Positions 35,113-48,425 of a stretch of 54,053 nt of DNA are shown one piece after another (position 1 is the stretch's first letter; each line of letters starts with the position of its first letter). The stretch is taken from contig JAVEBF010000016.1 of NCBI GenBank assembly GCA_051941275.1, forward strand, positions 1 through 54,053. Direction: 5' to 3'. A program made the translations under genes and the position numbers. The stretch comes from Dirinaria sp. TL-2023a. Taxonomy: Eukaryota. Below the pieces are notes generated by a model that did not search any database, was not told where the DNA came from, and saw only the letters and a list, made by a program, of their open reading frames with translations.

Positions 35113-38100
35113 CTATCTACCCCCAACCACTTTCTTCTTCTGCATCTTTCCATCACCTTTCACAACCCTACCCCCGCTAACTTTGGCCATCCCTAGACCC
35201 TTCCTTTGCTTCTTCGGATCAAACTTCTTCCCGCTCAGCCTACCTCTACCACTGGCGGCCTCACCCCTCTTTGTTCCATTAGCAGGACTGCCAACCTTTA
35301 CGGCTCCCGCAGGTCGCTCTGATCTGGTCGTCGTTTCTTCATCAACATCCATTGCATCCTTGTCTCTTGGCTTCTCACGCTTGTTGCTGAATTTCAATCG
35401 CCCGCCCCTTCCCCGCTGCACCGCGTCTCGACCTCTGATAGCGTCGACGTAGGCGTTGATGCCGCCTTCCAGGCTCACTTCTTTCCCGTCCGTGGTGCGC
35501 CCGCTTTCGCTAAAGTCTATAGCCATTGCATCAACATCTTCCTCGTCGGATCCGCCAGTGCCTACGACTAGCTTTCCGTCAATGTTGAGTTTGCCTCTGC
35601 TCTTCTTGGGCTGCTGAGGCCGGGTAGGTTTTGATGACGAGATATTACCGAGGGTCCGTCTGTCAAGAAGGTCGAGAGGCATATCCTCATCTTCCATGAT
35701 ATACGCTCTTTCTCCTATTCTTCGCTCCTTGCCATTGCCGTCTTCTGAGCTGGCGTCATCGTCCTCATCAGAGGATGACTGGATAGCTGCGTCATATTCG
35801 CTTGCAAACGTGCCCTTGTTCTTGCCCTTCCGTCCTTCGTCCGTGTCTCCGTTAGCATTGTGGGCCCGTTTTTGCTTCGCTCTCTCTTTGGTTTTTCGAA
35901 TGTTGGCTAGGAATTTTTGACCATCTTCCGGTGTTGACTTGTTGATTTCCTCATACCCGAATCGTCGGATAGCACGCTCGAGGATATGTTTTATCTTCGC
36001 ACGGAAGTGAGCTTTATGCTCCTTCGACCAGGACATAAGTCCTGGTATCAAGGTTCCGAGCTGTGGCTGCACGATGGTCGCAGGAAGGGAGATGATGGCT
36101 ACTTTAACAAAGCCAAGAACAGAACGTACAATCTCACGAGAAGCAGATGTGAGGAACAGACCAAGGGTTTCGATCATGTCTTCTATGGTGGAATTTGAGA
36201 TCTGGCCATGGAACTCGTAAAGAATGCGAGTAAGAGCTGTAATGGATGCTGAGACCATGTGTGGCGTCGATCCAACTAAGCCTGCAGAGACCATGGTGAA
36301 GAATTCTTCCAAATTGGCCTGTACGTCAGGGCTATCTGAGGCCATGTGTGGAATCTTGCTTTGAGATATGTTGCCACCTTCGGACATTTTTTTAGCCATG
36401 AGCACTAGCAAATCGAAAGCAGCAGTGCGTGCCTTTTCGTTGACTTCTTTGACAGAGATGACGGCTTCGGAAAGTATCGATGGAATGAAGTGGAGGTCTG
36501 TCGAGGGAAGACGATTAATGACAGTACTGAGAGTAACTAAGCGGTCATGTCGGCAGGGAGGAGTGGCTGAGGACGCATTTCCAAGCAGTAAAGTCTGGAG
36601 GTCAGCGTTGCGCTCTTCGAGTGCTAGTACACCAGCAGGAGAGATGGCGAGACGGGAAAGAAGCTTGTACGCCTTTTTTTGGAGTTGGGGATCCGCAGTC
36701 TGAGGAAGTATGAGAGCGGCAAGAGAAAAGAGGGCTGGGTGGGCGGATGGAGGAAGGTAAATTGCCATCGTGATCACAAGATCCATGAGTGTGTGTGACT
36801 GAGGCGGCATTCGCTCTGACAGGGGCTGCTTCTGGGTCTGTGTAGCGGCTTGCGGTTGAGAAAATTCAGTCCCTAAAGCAGACTCAAGCAGGCTGGTGAC
36901 ACGTGCGAAGGTTTCGGAGAGCTCATCCGCACGAGTGATACTCAGGTATGCGTTGATGCATTGTAATATATGGCCACGAAACTGCGGTAAGGTTTGACCA
37001 TACACATTGAAAAGCACCGAGAGGAGATTGCCGGCAAATATGGATAGATGATTGAGGTTCGCCTGCGCATCCGCTTTAGTGATTCTTCGTAAAAGGAGAG
37101 TCTCGGCCTCGGTGTCCTCGACCGCCAGCAGCTGTTGATTCGACTCTACGAGGGTGTGGAGACCTTTGCAGACATCAACTCTCAGAGCTGTCTGCTTATA
37201 GAGCAGATTCGATAAAAGCTCAGCCAAGCTCTGGTCGAAGGCTGTTTGTAAATCCAAGGGCAGGAAACAATATCCGGGCAACGTAGCCCATATCTGTTGG
37301 ACCAGAGTCTCAAATATTTTGGTCTGCATCGACTTCTCGGACTCATGACTACTGAGAATCCTTTGGTACATTGATTCGCTCAAGGGCACGAACTCGGACC
37401 TAAAATGAGACAAGTCCGTGTTCGAAATATGATCCCGCAGGATAGGTAGCAGCCAGGCTCTACCAGGCTGGGCAGCCGACAAACCAGACAGGTTAAGTGG
37501 AAGTAATTCAAGCAGCGCCTCTGGGCCCACTGCTTCGATTGCGTGACCAAGTACGACATCTGCTTCTTTTTTGCCAGTGAAGGATTCATTCCCACGCAAT
37601 GCACCAATAGTAATAAGTATATCATTGGTAATGGTTCTTGATCTCCATTTGAATGCCGCAAACAGGGCTGAAAAAACGTGGAAGACCTCCATCCAAGCAG
37701 CTTGATATTTCACCGCTAATAGAGCATTTGAGAGTTTTGCAAGCCTTTCAAGTACCTTCTCATCTTGAACTGAAGGCTCAATGATCACGTTGAAAGGTAT
37801 GCAGTTGGCCAGAAGGGATATGAGACACTCGGAAGCAGACATTCGAATGTTATGAGACCGGGACGCAAGAAATTGAGAGATTGCTTCAAACCCCTCGGGA
37901 AGCTTTTGAAAAACCTCGCCAGGAGAAACCTGCGCTGAAACATCATAGCCTCGAGACAGGACAGCAATCCAAGGTGGCAGCAGTTGGGAGTCATGTTGCG
38001 AAGGACGCAGCTCCCATAGGGCTTCCATCAAACGGGGAAGCTTGGTAGAGGAAGATTCGTTAGCCATGCGTGCGAACATCATCTCAAAAACATCAAACGC

Positions 38101-38941
38101 GGCCCTTGTGAGGTATTGATTGCTCGACTTCGAGATATCCATGAGAATGCTACACAAGGGCTCCATCTTTCTGCTAGGCCAACCTCCCGAAGCAACCGCA
38201 ATCGTCTTGACTAGCTGCAAAGCATGCATAAGGCCAGGCGTATGTTCTTCGTTTTGCCTATGGGCTTTGAAATCATTTCTTTGGCCAGCGCTTGATGCTG
38301 CTAGATCACCGAGACTCTGCATTGCTGCATGAGCGCACATATCTGCTGCGGGATGGTCGAGTGCAGGGCTAGGTGGGGGGTTCTTCAGAATTTGAGTGAT
38401 CGCATCTTGGGCTCGCTTCCGCACCTTTGGTCTATGATCGACCGCAAGTGTCAGTAGTCTAGTAATGGCCCTTCGAGGTCCTTCTTGTGTTGGCGGTAGG
38501 GCCCAAGCCGGAGCATCTTGCGCTACGAGAAGTGACTCGAGGCATCCTATAGACGAGCGCAGCAAAGACGCTTCCACATTGGTGGGCGTTGAAGCGGGCG
38601 CGAGAGAGAGAAATATTTCGGAAAATTTTGAGCGTAGCAGATTTGCTTGCACATGAGATGTGACGAGGTCGAGAAGGTACACGACCGTTGTTGCTAATTC
38701 CTTGTTGATAGGTCCTTTGGCAGGTATGGACTGTTTCAGCAACGCCAGGAGCGCGGCGAAGTAGCCTGCCGGGGTGAACTGGCACTTCTGCTCTTCCAAA
38801 GTACCTTCAATGGCAGAGAGCACCACAGCAGTCTGCGCATGGTCAAAAGCGTACTCCTCAAAATAGCATGATAAGGTCTACTTCTCGTTGGTTCTGCAAT
38901 TTGGGCGACCGAATTTTGTCCAGTTTCTCTGCGAGCGACAT
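35113..38941 (-). CDS. RRP12: Ribosome biogenesis HEAT-repeat protein Rrp12
   Basis: Exon 1 MSLAEKLDKIRSPKLQNQRE, then DHRPKVRKRAQ, LPLNL...GRAWLLPILRD, QIWATLPGYC, REIVRSVLGFVK and HFRAKIKHILERAIRRFG, with a basic/acidic tail. Confidence 0.95.
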
Positions 38942-40220
38942 TTCGCCTCGAAGCTATAAGTCGGAGTATGATCCACTGAACACCATGAGATTGACATGAT
39001 ATAATACGCTGAAGTAAAAGTCAAGTCTTTCTTTGGGCATCAACTACCTTAGTGTACCTACCTTACTTACCAGAAGGATATTTCTTATCTAATCCGGCAA
39101 AACTTCGTCTTTACTTAGCATTAGCGTTAAGGTCGGGCCAGTTTCAAGTTCCGGTCACAATCACATGTCCAAACATTATTGAAAAGATAAAGTATCTACT
39201 CGAGGTCACGCAGGAGCTACCATTGTACTCGACTACGTTAAGCTTGGAATATGTGTTTGAGCAAGGATTTGATTGCCTGGCTTCTACTTGAGAATCCTAG
39301 TTTGAATTCTCTCAACGTCTGGTAAGAATACATAGAATCCCCATCACAATGCAGGATCTCCTTCAATTGCCTGTGACGTTAAGATGAAGAACCGCCTTTA
39401 CGTCCCGCCTCCTTCGCCTTCTCACTGCCAGGGTCGAAGGACCCACTGGACGCTTGGCCGCCCATAGACGCAATGTCCTTCTAGGGAGAATGTAAGGATC
39501 ATGGAACTACCGTGAAGAAACCAAGGAACGAACCTGCTTATCAGGATCCATGCTGGCAAATCCTCCTGCACTAGCGGAACCCCCTTTCTGGGCTGCTGAC
39601 TGAACATCCTCCTTGGGACGGTTGGCAAAGTTGCCGGGATTGTCGTTGCCAGACATAATGAGGAGAAATGCAGAGTTAATTGCTTGACGTAAGGATGGCT
39701 TTTTGTGGGGTGTATGGTTTGGGAGGAGTCGTAATGAAGAAACCCAAGTGTACAGGAGGACACTACTACCTACTTATACGTAAAGTAGCTACTAGCAGTG
39801 CCCAGGGAATGACGAAAGCTCTGCCAACTTGAGCCTTGACGTAATCTAGGGTCATGATGTCAACTTGACGAGCCGGCAGAAGTCAATCTAGGTACTCGTT
39901 CAGATGTGGCGTTCTAGAAAGAACAGGCAGCTATACCATTTCAGCGTAAGATTCAACACATACTAGCCAGACCCCGCCAGAGAATCTTCGACTGTAGCCG
40001 GCGGTGTGAAACCTGATTGTTCTAACCCGAATAGTCATCCGAGGACACGGGGAGGTTGGATTCAATAATGCCAGAGCGAGGCTAGCCGTGCAATTGATTT
40101 TATGGTGACAACACCGGCAGACTGGAGCCCAATGATGTCTATCTGGCCCCTCGATGCGAATTCAACTGCAGAAGCCCTGTAACTGTAGCGCCACGGCATG
40201 CGTAGTTCTGTAACGCTCGA

Positions 40221-41339
40221 TCAGTGAGAGTCGCCAGTCATCTCGACACCTCCGTCCGCTCCCTCTGAAGTAACAGGATCTGCAGTATGAGAGGCAGTAG
40301 CCGTCTGTGGCGCTGTAGGTCTGTTGGCGGTTGTTGCGTATAACTTCTGATCAAGGGCCCTCAACGCTAGCGCTCTCCTCCGTTCCGCTTCTTCTCTCTT
40401 GCCAGCACCTCCTCGTCGTCCATCAGCGTTGAGGAGGCTTGGCAGTCCCCCTTCACCACGAGCCATAGCTTGCTGGTTACCCCACTCCACCTCTTCGGCA
40501 GAAAACGGAGTGCAGATTTTTAAGACCACAAGTGCGTGGTACACGCTGCTTGCAATAACAGCGATCGGTGGCTGGACAGCATCCGGCCAGAAGGATGCAA
40601 AGGCGAACGTTTCCGATGCATCTCCGCGTATTCCATTGTTCCCAGTGCTCGCGCTTGTCAGATCAGACTGCTTCTTATAGAATCGCAGATAGGTCCAACT
40701 TGTCATGAAACCTAGCCAAGCAAGCACTAGGGCGGTATCAGTTCCAAGCACAACCCCAGATATCGTATTCGCAGCGAGAAAAATGGCTGGAAAATGTTTG
40801 ACGCGGATTCTGATGAAGCCTTTCAAGATGGTGACAGTATGTTCAGGTACAAGCTGTTTGAATGCAACCAGGAAGGCGCCTTCGAGAGCCACGGAGCCCT
40901 GGATAGTGGCCCATCTGCACAGAGTGTCAGAGCCGATTAGCAGAGAATCCAAATTCAGTCTCACTCACGCTTGCTCGTCTTCCTTCGTCATCGCAAACCA
41001 TAGTACGTACAGCAAAGCCGCAGCGAAGTTAGGTACGAGAATGACCAGAAGTACAAATTTCCCAAATTCTCTCGATCCCCAAGCCCGCTCCATGTATCTG
41101 CCACCAAAGAAGATGGTGAGACCGGCGATAATCAGAGTAAAGATATTTTGCTCCGCAAAGGTCGCTGTGAAGTAGACCCAAGGATAGAATAATGACCACT
41201 GTGGGATCAAGGCCAGAAAGTTTGGGCTCCTCTTCGTGGCCCAAAGCTCGATGCGCACGACCTGGTATGCGAGGGATATGACCAGAGTCAGGGCTAGAAG
41301 GACTCTTGTTAAAGGCGGAATGTTCACACGTAACTGCAT
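40221..41339 (-). CDS. TMEM115/DUF1751 rhomboid-like integral membrane protein
   Basis: MQLRVNIPPLTR, YPWVYFTATFAEQN, GGRYMERAWGSREF, FLVAFKQLVPEHTV, SWTYLRFY, RGDASETFAFASFWP and EAERRRALALRALDQ. One intron. Confidence 0.9.
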
Positions 41340-41742
41340 TGTGGACGCTTGCGCGCAATGATCGTGCTCCCGGCGCAAGAAGCTGATAGTGGTTGCAGCA
41401 TCGGCACAAACAGATAATCTGCGGAGTCGCGACGATGAACAGATACCTCAAAGGTGCTACATCTGACCACTTTGTGCTTGACGAGGCTAAGACTCGTTTC
41501 GCGTGTTAGGAAAGTATAATGAAAAGTGTTCCCTTGGTTTGCTCTCCCTTTTGATCCTCGGTTAGTAAAGTAGTGTTGTTGGCGCGTGGCTTCGAGTAAG
41601 GTAAGTTACATGTACTTCACTTTTAAGGTATCACTTTTCAACCTGCCCGAGCTGCCTTACCTAACCGACCGAAGCCCCAGGAACAGCTAGTCTGGGGAGG
41701 TGGTGGGTCGAGGTGTGCCAAGCCGACAAGGGCTAGCACGGG

Positions 41743-41756
41743 GTTCTGATTGGCTA
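41743..41756 (+). promoter_or_regulatory. CCAAT box (reverse orientation) in the TMEM115/SIF2 divergent intergenic region
   Basis: CTGATTGGCT = AGCCAATCAG, a full NF-Y/HAP consensus between two divergent genes. Confidence 0.4.
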
Positions 41757-42399
41757 CCCAGCATCGGGTAGCACAGTAGTTCGCTCGCAGATTTACCGTA
41801 CTTCGACGCCCATGTCGTGGCTTGAGTGGTGACTGGTCACTGGTGAGACCTGACAGTGACCGTTGCTCCTACCTCGTCAATATTATTCACACGGCCCAAG
41901 GACCAAGTGAGAACACAACAGCCACGATTTGCGGCTGAGATCGAAGTTGATGTTTTCCTCTCAACACCAGCAACTCCAAATCTCCACGTTGCAAGACGAA
42001 CAAGGCGAACCGCGAACCACTTTATCCTCATCATCTTCCTTCATCCAGGTCCGTGTGCGGCACTACTGCGCTACCCAAACAGCCCAGACGATAGGCCGGC
42101 ATTCCGCGCATCATTCGCAGGAGCGACCAGGGCATGCGGGAGAGCTAAGTTTAGTGCGAGTCTGGAAACACTTGACACTCTTGACGCTTTCCATGTCTGC
42201 CTCCAATTCCTCCAGAGCCTGCTTCAAGCCGCCAACTACCTTAATCCTCCAGCGATCGCCTTACCAGCTGTGCTTGCGTCCGATCATAGCTCTCTTAGAT
42301 CAACCTGCAACCTCGTCCGTATTCATCAAAACCGCTTGACGACAGTTTTCCCTCTACCTTGTTCATCGCATGCAGTTCGGCGATTGAACGTGTTTCGTC

Positions 42400-44520
42400 A
42401 TGCCTCCCATAGGGAATACCTTAACCGCCGACCAACTCAATTACCTGATCTGGAGGTATGTCGTCCGTTTTCGCTTTGTGCACAGTCAATCCACAGGAAA
42501 GCCACACTAACAACTGGACAATAAGGTATCTTCAAGAACAAGGTGTGTAATTATCGATGGACAGTGGGTTTTTGGTGTAATCAATTATTAACCACTTCAA
42601 GGCCAAGCGAAGGCTGCCGTCAATCTCCAGCGCGACTGGAGGAATGGTCAAGACCCGGAGAATTTGCCATTCGCAAAAAGCATCAAGCCATTAGCATTGG
42701 TGAAGCTGGTGCACAAAGGCCTATTGTACTACGAAACTGAACAAGCAATTCAACAAAAGCATGTAAGTCATGGGCATCTCCCTCCCGCTCTCATTTATCT
42801 TCTTGCCATTGATTCATCTAGCATGGTACATTGGCCATCCCATTCTTTGGATACGATCAAGAACCAAATGTATCAACCTTGAATCAGAACGGGACCGAAG
42901 ATAATGCCACTACCGAGTTACGTATTTCCCCGCGATCGCGCAAACATGGGCGAGAAAACGCAGCAAACGGTCTTGGATTAGATCTTCCGACTTCAGCCCC
43001 ATCAGCCAAGAGATTCCGCCGCAGCAATGGCACCGACTACGCGACAAACGGCAACGGCATGGCCATGGCTATTGATCATGATGGGGATGTGAAGTATGGC
43101 CCGCCCGAGCATCCTGAGCCCATTTCGAGGTCAAATTCGCCCGCCGCAGAGGAGACGGGGATGGAGATCGATGCGGACGGAGATGCGCCTGCGCCCGATG
43201 AGGCACCCGCACGCATGACCCTGACGAATGGGCCAAGCGTGGGCATGCAAAGCGACAAGGTAGCCGAATTCGGACCCGAAACAACCGTCCTGCCCCTGCC
43301 CCCCGGAAAGCACGTGACTCACACCGCCTGGAACCCGCACGATCCTTCCCTTTTGGCCACCGCGGGGGATACGCTATGCCGCATCTGGACCATCGCCAAG
43401 CCTCCCCCATCCAACGCTCGCGCCGACCAGGCTTCACCTCCCTATGTCGACATGCTGGATTCCTTCGAAGGTTCATTAGTCTCTACGATTGAATGGGGCC
43501 CGAACGGCGACATGCTCGCGCTCGCGACGCGGAGAGGCCCATCATTGTGTGTCGGGCTGGTATCGCTATGGACGAGAAACGGAAAGTCGATAGATGAATT
43601 GCCAGCAACGGAAGATATGGTCCTGACTTTCAGGTGGAACCCCTCTGGAAGGCTTTTGCTCGGCATCACGAATTCCGGCGCGGGAAACAGTACCCTGATA
43701 GTGTGGCATGCGCAAGACCTCGAATTCAGAGCAGATTTCAAATTAGACGGCATTGTACGCGATGCAGCATGGACGAAAGAGTCCGATTTCATCATCTGTG
43801 GCCACAACTGTATCAAGGATTTCAAAGTAGATGGCAGCGCTATCAAACCATTGCGTTCTCGTACAGAAGACGAGGTCTGCCACAGCTGGACTCACATACG
43901 ATTCGATATGACCACGCGTATCATGGCAATAGCTGCCGAAGAGGAAGGAATCATCGCTATCCTGAATCCGTCCGACAATTGCCAGGTGACTACCGCCCAT
44001 GACCATCCGATTACCGCTCTCGCCTTCCAGCCTATTACGAAGTCTTCATCTCATTCCTCATCATTCCCGCAGATTCTGGCGACTTCGTCACTAGATTACA
44101 GTATTAAACTCTGGGATGCCCAAAGACCATTCAATCTTGTGAGGAGTCTCAGCCTCGGACCTTCAAGTCCGCCTATGGCGATCAGTTTTACTGCCGACGG
44201 CTACCTCATGGCAGCAGCCAACTCAAACAGGGTCGTGATCTGGAACCCTGAGAGAGGTAGCATACCGATGTCAAGCTGGACAGGGGAGTCGAGTCAATGG
44301 CAGGGGCTGGCAACAAATGGTATGGACCAAGACAGTGGGATAGGTGAAGAAGAAGACATGCCTCCCCACTTGTTGAGCTGGGACGCAAGCGGCGGGAAGC
44401 TGGCCTACGGGTTGAAGAACCAGGTTCGTCATATCTTGCATAAAAGCCCCTTCCAACTCGCCATCTAACGGATGGATTCAGGTTGCAATTCTGAATTTCC
44501 GTTCCTCGCCATCACGATAA
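42400..44520 (+). CDS. SIF2: LisH/WD40 protein, Sif2/TBL1-like (Set3 HDAC complex subunit)
   Basis: LisH LTADQLNYLIWRYLQEQG (spliced through a 17-nt exon) and ALVKLVHKGL, then WD40 repeats (HTAWNP, LATSSLDYSIKLWD, LSWDASGGKLA). Four introns. Confidence 0.85.
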
Positions 44521-45830
44521 TATTCTCCATATACGCGTGTGTACATGTGAAAAACGCCATCAGCCCTTGGGTAGCCGCCTCTTGGCATATCATTGCTCGC
44601 TCAGTGCTAATATTCCTGAGTCTGGCACTTGGGGGAAACCATCCTTACCATTCTCTCGTCCACATCACAGCTTCGTTGGAGAGTTTACCTTATCTCCAAG
44701 CCCACTGAGCGTATTCTCGAACAGGAGAAGGATCAGCGCGTGATTATCGAGAATACCAAGTTTAGCGTTCTGCATCTCTGTACCATATGTGGCGGAGTTT
44801 ATCTGGTCATTACGGAATACTGATCTCTAGTCTCACCGTATCTTGAGGATCGGATACACCGCATTATACCGCCGCCGGTTCTGCTGTACTTATGAAGAGG
44901 GTTCACAAGATTTATTTATTCATGTCCAAGCGAATGTGAATGCAATGATTCTAAAGTAATGTAACTTTGTCTCACCAACACTGCCCCGTAATTATCTGGG
45001 ACTTTGGGTGTAATCAGGGTTGCTCTTCCACACGTCGATAACCCTAAATGAGCATCTGACCCTTCCTCTCATTTGAAATTAATTTTTGTTTTCTTTGGAA
45101 AACAACAGCGCATGATTTACAGAGTCACCTGTCTGATTTTTGATCGCAGCCAACGGCTGCGTTCTCTCAAAAAACCTTCTTCTTGATTGCACAAAAACAG
45201 AACTTGCATTCTTTGAAATTCGGGCCACACAAGAACGATCTATCGCAACGTGAGTCACACACCATCGCTACTGTAAGTATCCATTTCTTCACGCCTACTT
45301 GCAGTTGTCCGGTGCATCCGTTCGGTTCGGCTCTGCAGGTGACCGTTGGTGATACAGCATCTGCTCCCTCTCCTCCCTTTTCATTATTTTATTTTTCATT
45401 TTTTCATTTTTCTTGGGGCGGTTTCCTTTTCGAAGTTCTCTTATAGCTGTGGGCCCGGCTAGAAGATTCTGATTGTTTCCAAAGCCAGGAAGAATATACC
45501 TTACCCACGCAATTTCGTATCAAAGTTCTGTTTAAAAGGCTAGATCTCCCATAAATTTTCCAATAGTTGGCCTTCAGATCATCCATTACCCTTTCAAGTC
45601 ACGCCCGCTACATCGACATCATCCCGTAGCCCACGGAGTCTAATGAATGTAGGGATCTATCGACATATGCCTCTTGACTCCCCGCGGGACTTGTCCAGCA
45701 GCAAGCAGTGGGATTTGAAAATTAAAAACTCCTTTCATACCAACCCAATGATTTGCTTGACCCATAGTCCCTGCCTGTATCTTCCACCACAGGCAGTAAC
45801 ACCACCGACAAATTAACCCGCTACTTTCCC

Positions 45831-46473
45831 ATGCCGCCCCCGACACTCGCCCAGGACCGCCTCGCCCGAGCGCAACATCCTAACAGCGCCGCCCAGTCCG
45901 CGGCTTCCCCTGGCCGAGGAGGCCGTGCGAGGCTCAGTACTTCATCTAGTACCTTTTCCGGGTTCGGACCGCGCGCGGGCTCCTTGCCTGCTTCGGCGCC
46001 TGTTCGGCGGGAAAGGGAAGGCTCAGCGACTACCACCGGCTCGGGCAGAGGTGGTCGAGGGGGACGAGACGATGTAGCAGGGTATGAGACACCGCTGACG
46101 GGCGAGGAACGGAAGGCGGTGGAGAACAATGAGATGTGGGAGGACCGGCAGAGGAAGCACAAAGCTGCCATGATTCTGGGCAATTGGGAGCTGTTGGCGT
46201 GGTATGCCGTTGCTGGCCACGAGGTGAGTAATAGTAGTCTCGGTTCCGATCTGTTTTCTTTGGAATCATGCCCTTTGGGGCGGGGTTTCCTGGGTTGATG
46301 GAGTCTGGCAGAGTATTCCGCAGACTCGACTCCGCTTTCAGCGTATGATGATCGGTCTCCCGGATGCCGCGAGTGGCGACGAATGGGAAGATGAGAAGAA
46401 TCCGGGTGAGGATGATTCTGGGCCTCGGAGAGGCAGTAGCTCTGGTAGTGGGGGGATGAAGAAAAAGCATTAA
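45831..46473 (+). CDS. Uncharacterised protein (Arg/Gly-rich N-terminus, short helical core)
   Basis: A GTGAGT...GGCAG intron (46224-46311) joins AAMILGNWELLAWYAVAGHE to SIPQTRLRFQRMMIG, a motif recognised from fungal hypothetical proteins. Confidence 0.7.
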
Positions 46474-46907
46474 AGAGAACGACGTCTCCGGTTCAGAGGA
46501 CGTCACGCCGCCTTTCATGACTCCTGGTCACAATCAGCCATGAGATGGAGAGGGGAACGTCCTCCGAGCTGTATCCAAATATCGATGCGCCGATACCGTT
46601 TCTATTATCTTTAGGTTACCCATCTAGGTACATATGCACAAGATCTTGTTCTCGCTCTACGGCTTATATCCACTTTCTCAGCTGGCTTGTCATGAAATGA
46701 CGGCTACCCGGATACTGATCGTTGTCGGGCTCTCTTCTAGAGCTCTTCTGACGATTTCTTACCCAATGGCGCTTCATTGACCATACTCTCTGCATCCCCC
46801 ACCTGCCTCCTCTCGCTAATCTCTCTGCTCCTTAATCGGCTTCGAATTGCTGCCCCTACGGTACCTAGCGTCAATCCTTGGGTGTTACCCCTCATGACTG
46901 CTAATTG

Positions 46908-48425
46908 TTATTGTAGAGGTTCGGAGCTTGAAGACAGACGATTTAAGTGTAGATAGACATCCGTGCCATAGCTGTTGTCTCAAGATTTGCGTCAGCGCAC
47001 ACGGCAAGGTTTGCGATAGCAGGCAGACTTGACGGATTATGGGAACACGGAACTGGGACCTACCCTTCTAAGCTGATGAGCTTGAGGTCCCCTCCGAAGT
47101 ACCTTGCATAAAGTCTACTAATAGGCAGTCCATATCCAAAACCAGCCATAGGCGCCTTGAAATCGCTCTTGTTAAAGTCCGGATCCAGGCTGGGCGTGGT
47201 CTCGACAGTGGTGTACATGTACGTCCACACCAGTGGGATTGCACTTCTGGGAATGCCACCTCCCTCGTCCGATACCTTGATCGTGATGTCCTCCTTTCCT
47301 TCCGCAACAATCACCTTGGTAACCGGGAATTCCTGCTTGTCCTGGCCATGTGTCTCCACTACAGCCCTCAGACTGTTTTTGAGAGTTTCGAAAAGCATAT
47401 GCGATAAATGCCCCGGTACGTACATAAATTCTAGCTCTGGCTTGCAGACGAGTTGCACTTTCGGTGCGTCAAAGAGCCCGTAGTGGTCTTCGCAAACGAA
47501 CCGCGCGTTCTCAATAGCCTCCTGAGCGAGTTCTCGTACGTTGCTTTTGGTACAGATGATGCCGACGTAGTTGGGATCTGAATGTGAGCGTTGATCCGTA
47601 AGAGCGATATGTTGGCCAATGAGCATACGGATGCCAATGCGTGACATGTAGAAGCGGTCAAGGAAGGATTGAATGTTTGAGTCGATCTGCATGCGCTGCC
47701 TCTTCCTCTTGTATTCGAGGATACCTTGCGCGACAGTAGTGACAACGCTGTCGTGCCGCCGTTTGATACCTTCTAATGTCCGAGCAAAGCGCTTATTATA
47801 ATCACTGAGTTCCGGTGGCCAATCATTGCCATCATCAGTCGAAGCATAGTATCGCCGAGAGGAGGTAGACCCCTTGATGCCCCCATTCCCGCTGCCATTC
47901 GTCTGACGGGAAGTATACTGGCCTTGCTTGACGCTGGGATTCCGCGTTGTGTGGCTGAGGATCTTGGACTCGCGACCGTTTTCTTTGGGATGGCGGACGA
48001 GACGTTCTCGAATATCAGGCGAGAGGCTGGGCCGAGGGAGGGTCGTAAGTTCCTTTCTGGGGCTTAGTGATAGCTGCTAATCATGGGGTCTCGACAGATA
48101 TACCTCGAATGATTGCGCATACCAGTCCTGAACCTTCTTGATTGATGGCATTTCACTCAATTGGTCAGGCAACTCACCAAGCTCCTGGACCCGGTGGGCT
48201 AATCGTATAGGGAGCTCTTCGGACAGGAATTGAGATGCGCGGAAGAGCGTGCCTTCAGCAAAATATACATCAGCGATTTTTCCGATCTCGGCAGGTATGC
48301 TCGACAGTACCTGTAGATGGCTTTTCGCCAAATTGAACCATCTGCCGGAGGCTGACTCCGGTAGCTGGGAAACCAGAGTAGTGCTTGATAGTCTCCATCA
48401 ATCTCTCGGATGCCTTCCATGCCAT
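46908..48425 (-). CDS. Mitochondrial pyruvate dehydrogenase kinase (BCDHK/PDK family)
   Basis: TGVSLRQMVQFG, LSEELPIRLAHRV, FLDRFYMSRIGIRMLIGQH, ETLKNSLRA, SDEGGGIP and AGFGYGLPISRLYARYFGG; ends EPLQ*. Three introns. Confidence 0.96.

Noticed and set aside
41856..42524. 222-aa ORF upstream of SIF2
   Set aside because: Non-ATG start, overlaps the SIF2 leader and first exon out of frame, and has no protein-like features.
22137..48425. Lipid/carbon metabolic gene cluster (thiolase, S1P lyase, PDK)
   Set aside because: The genes are interspersed with unrelated housekeeping genes; no evidence of functional clustering.
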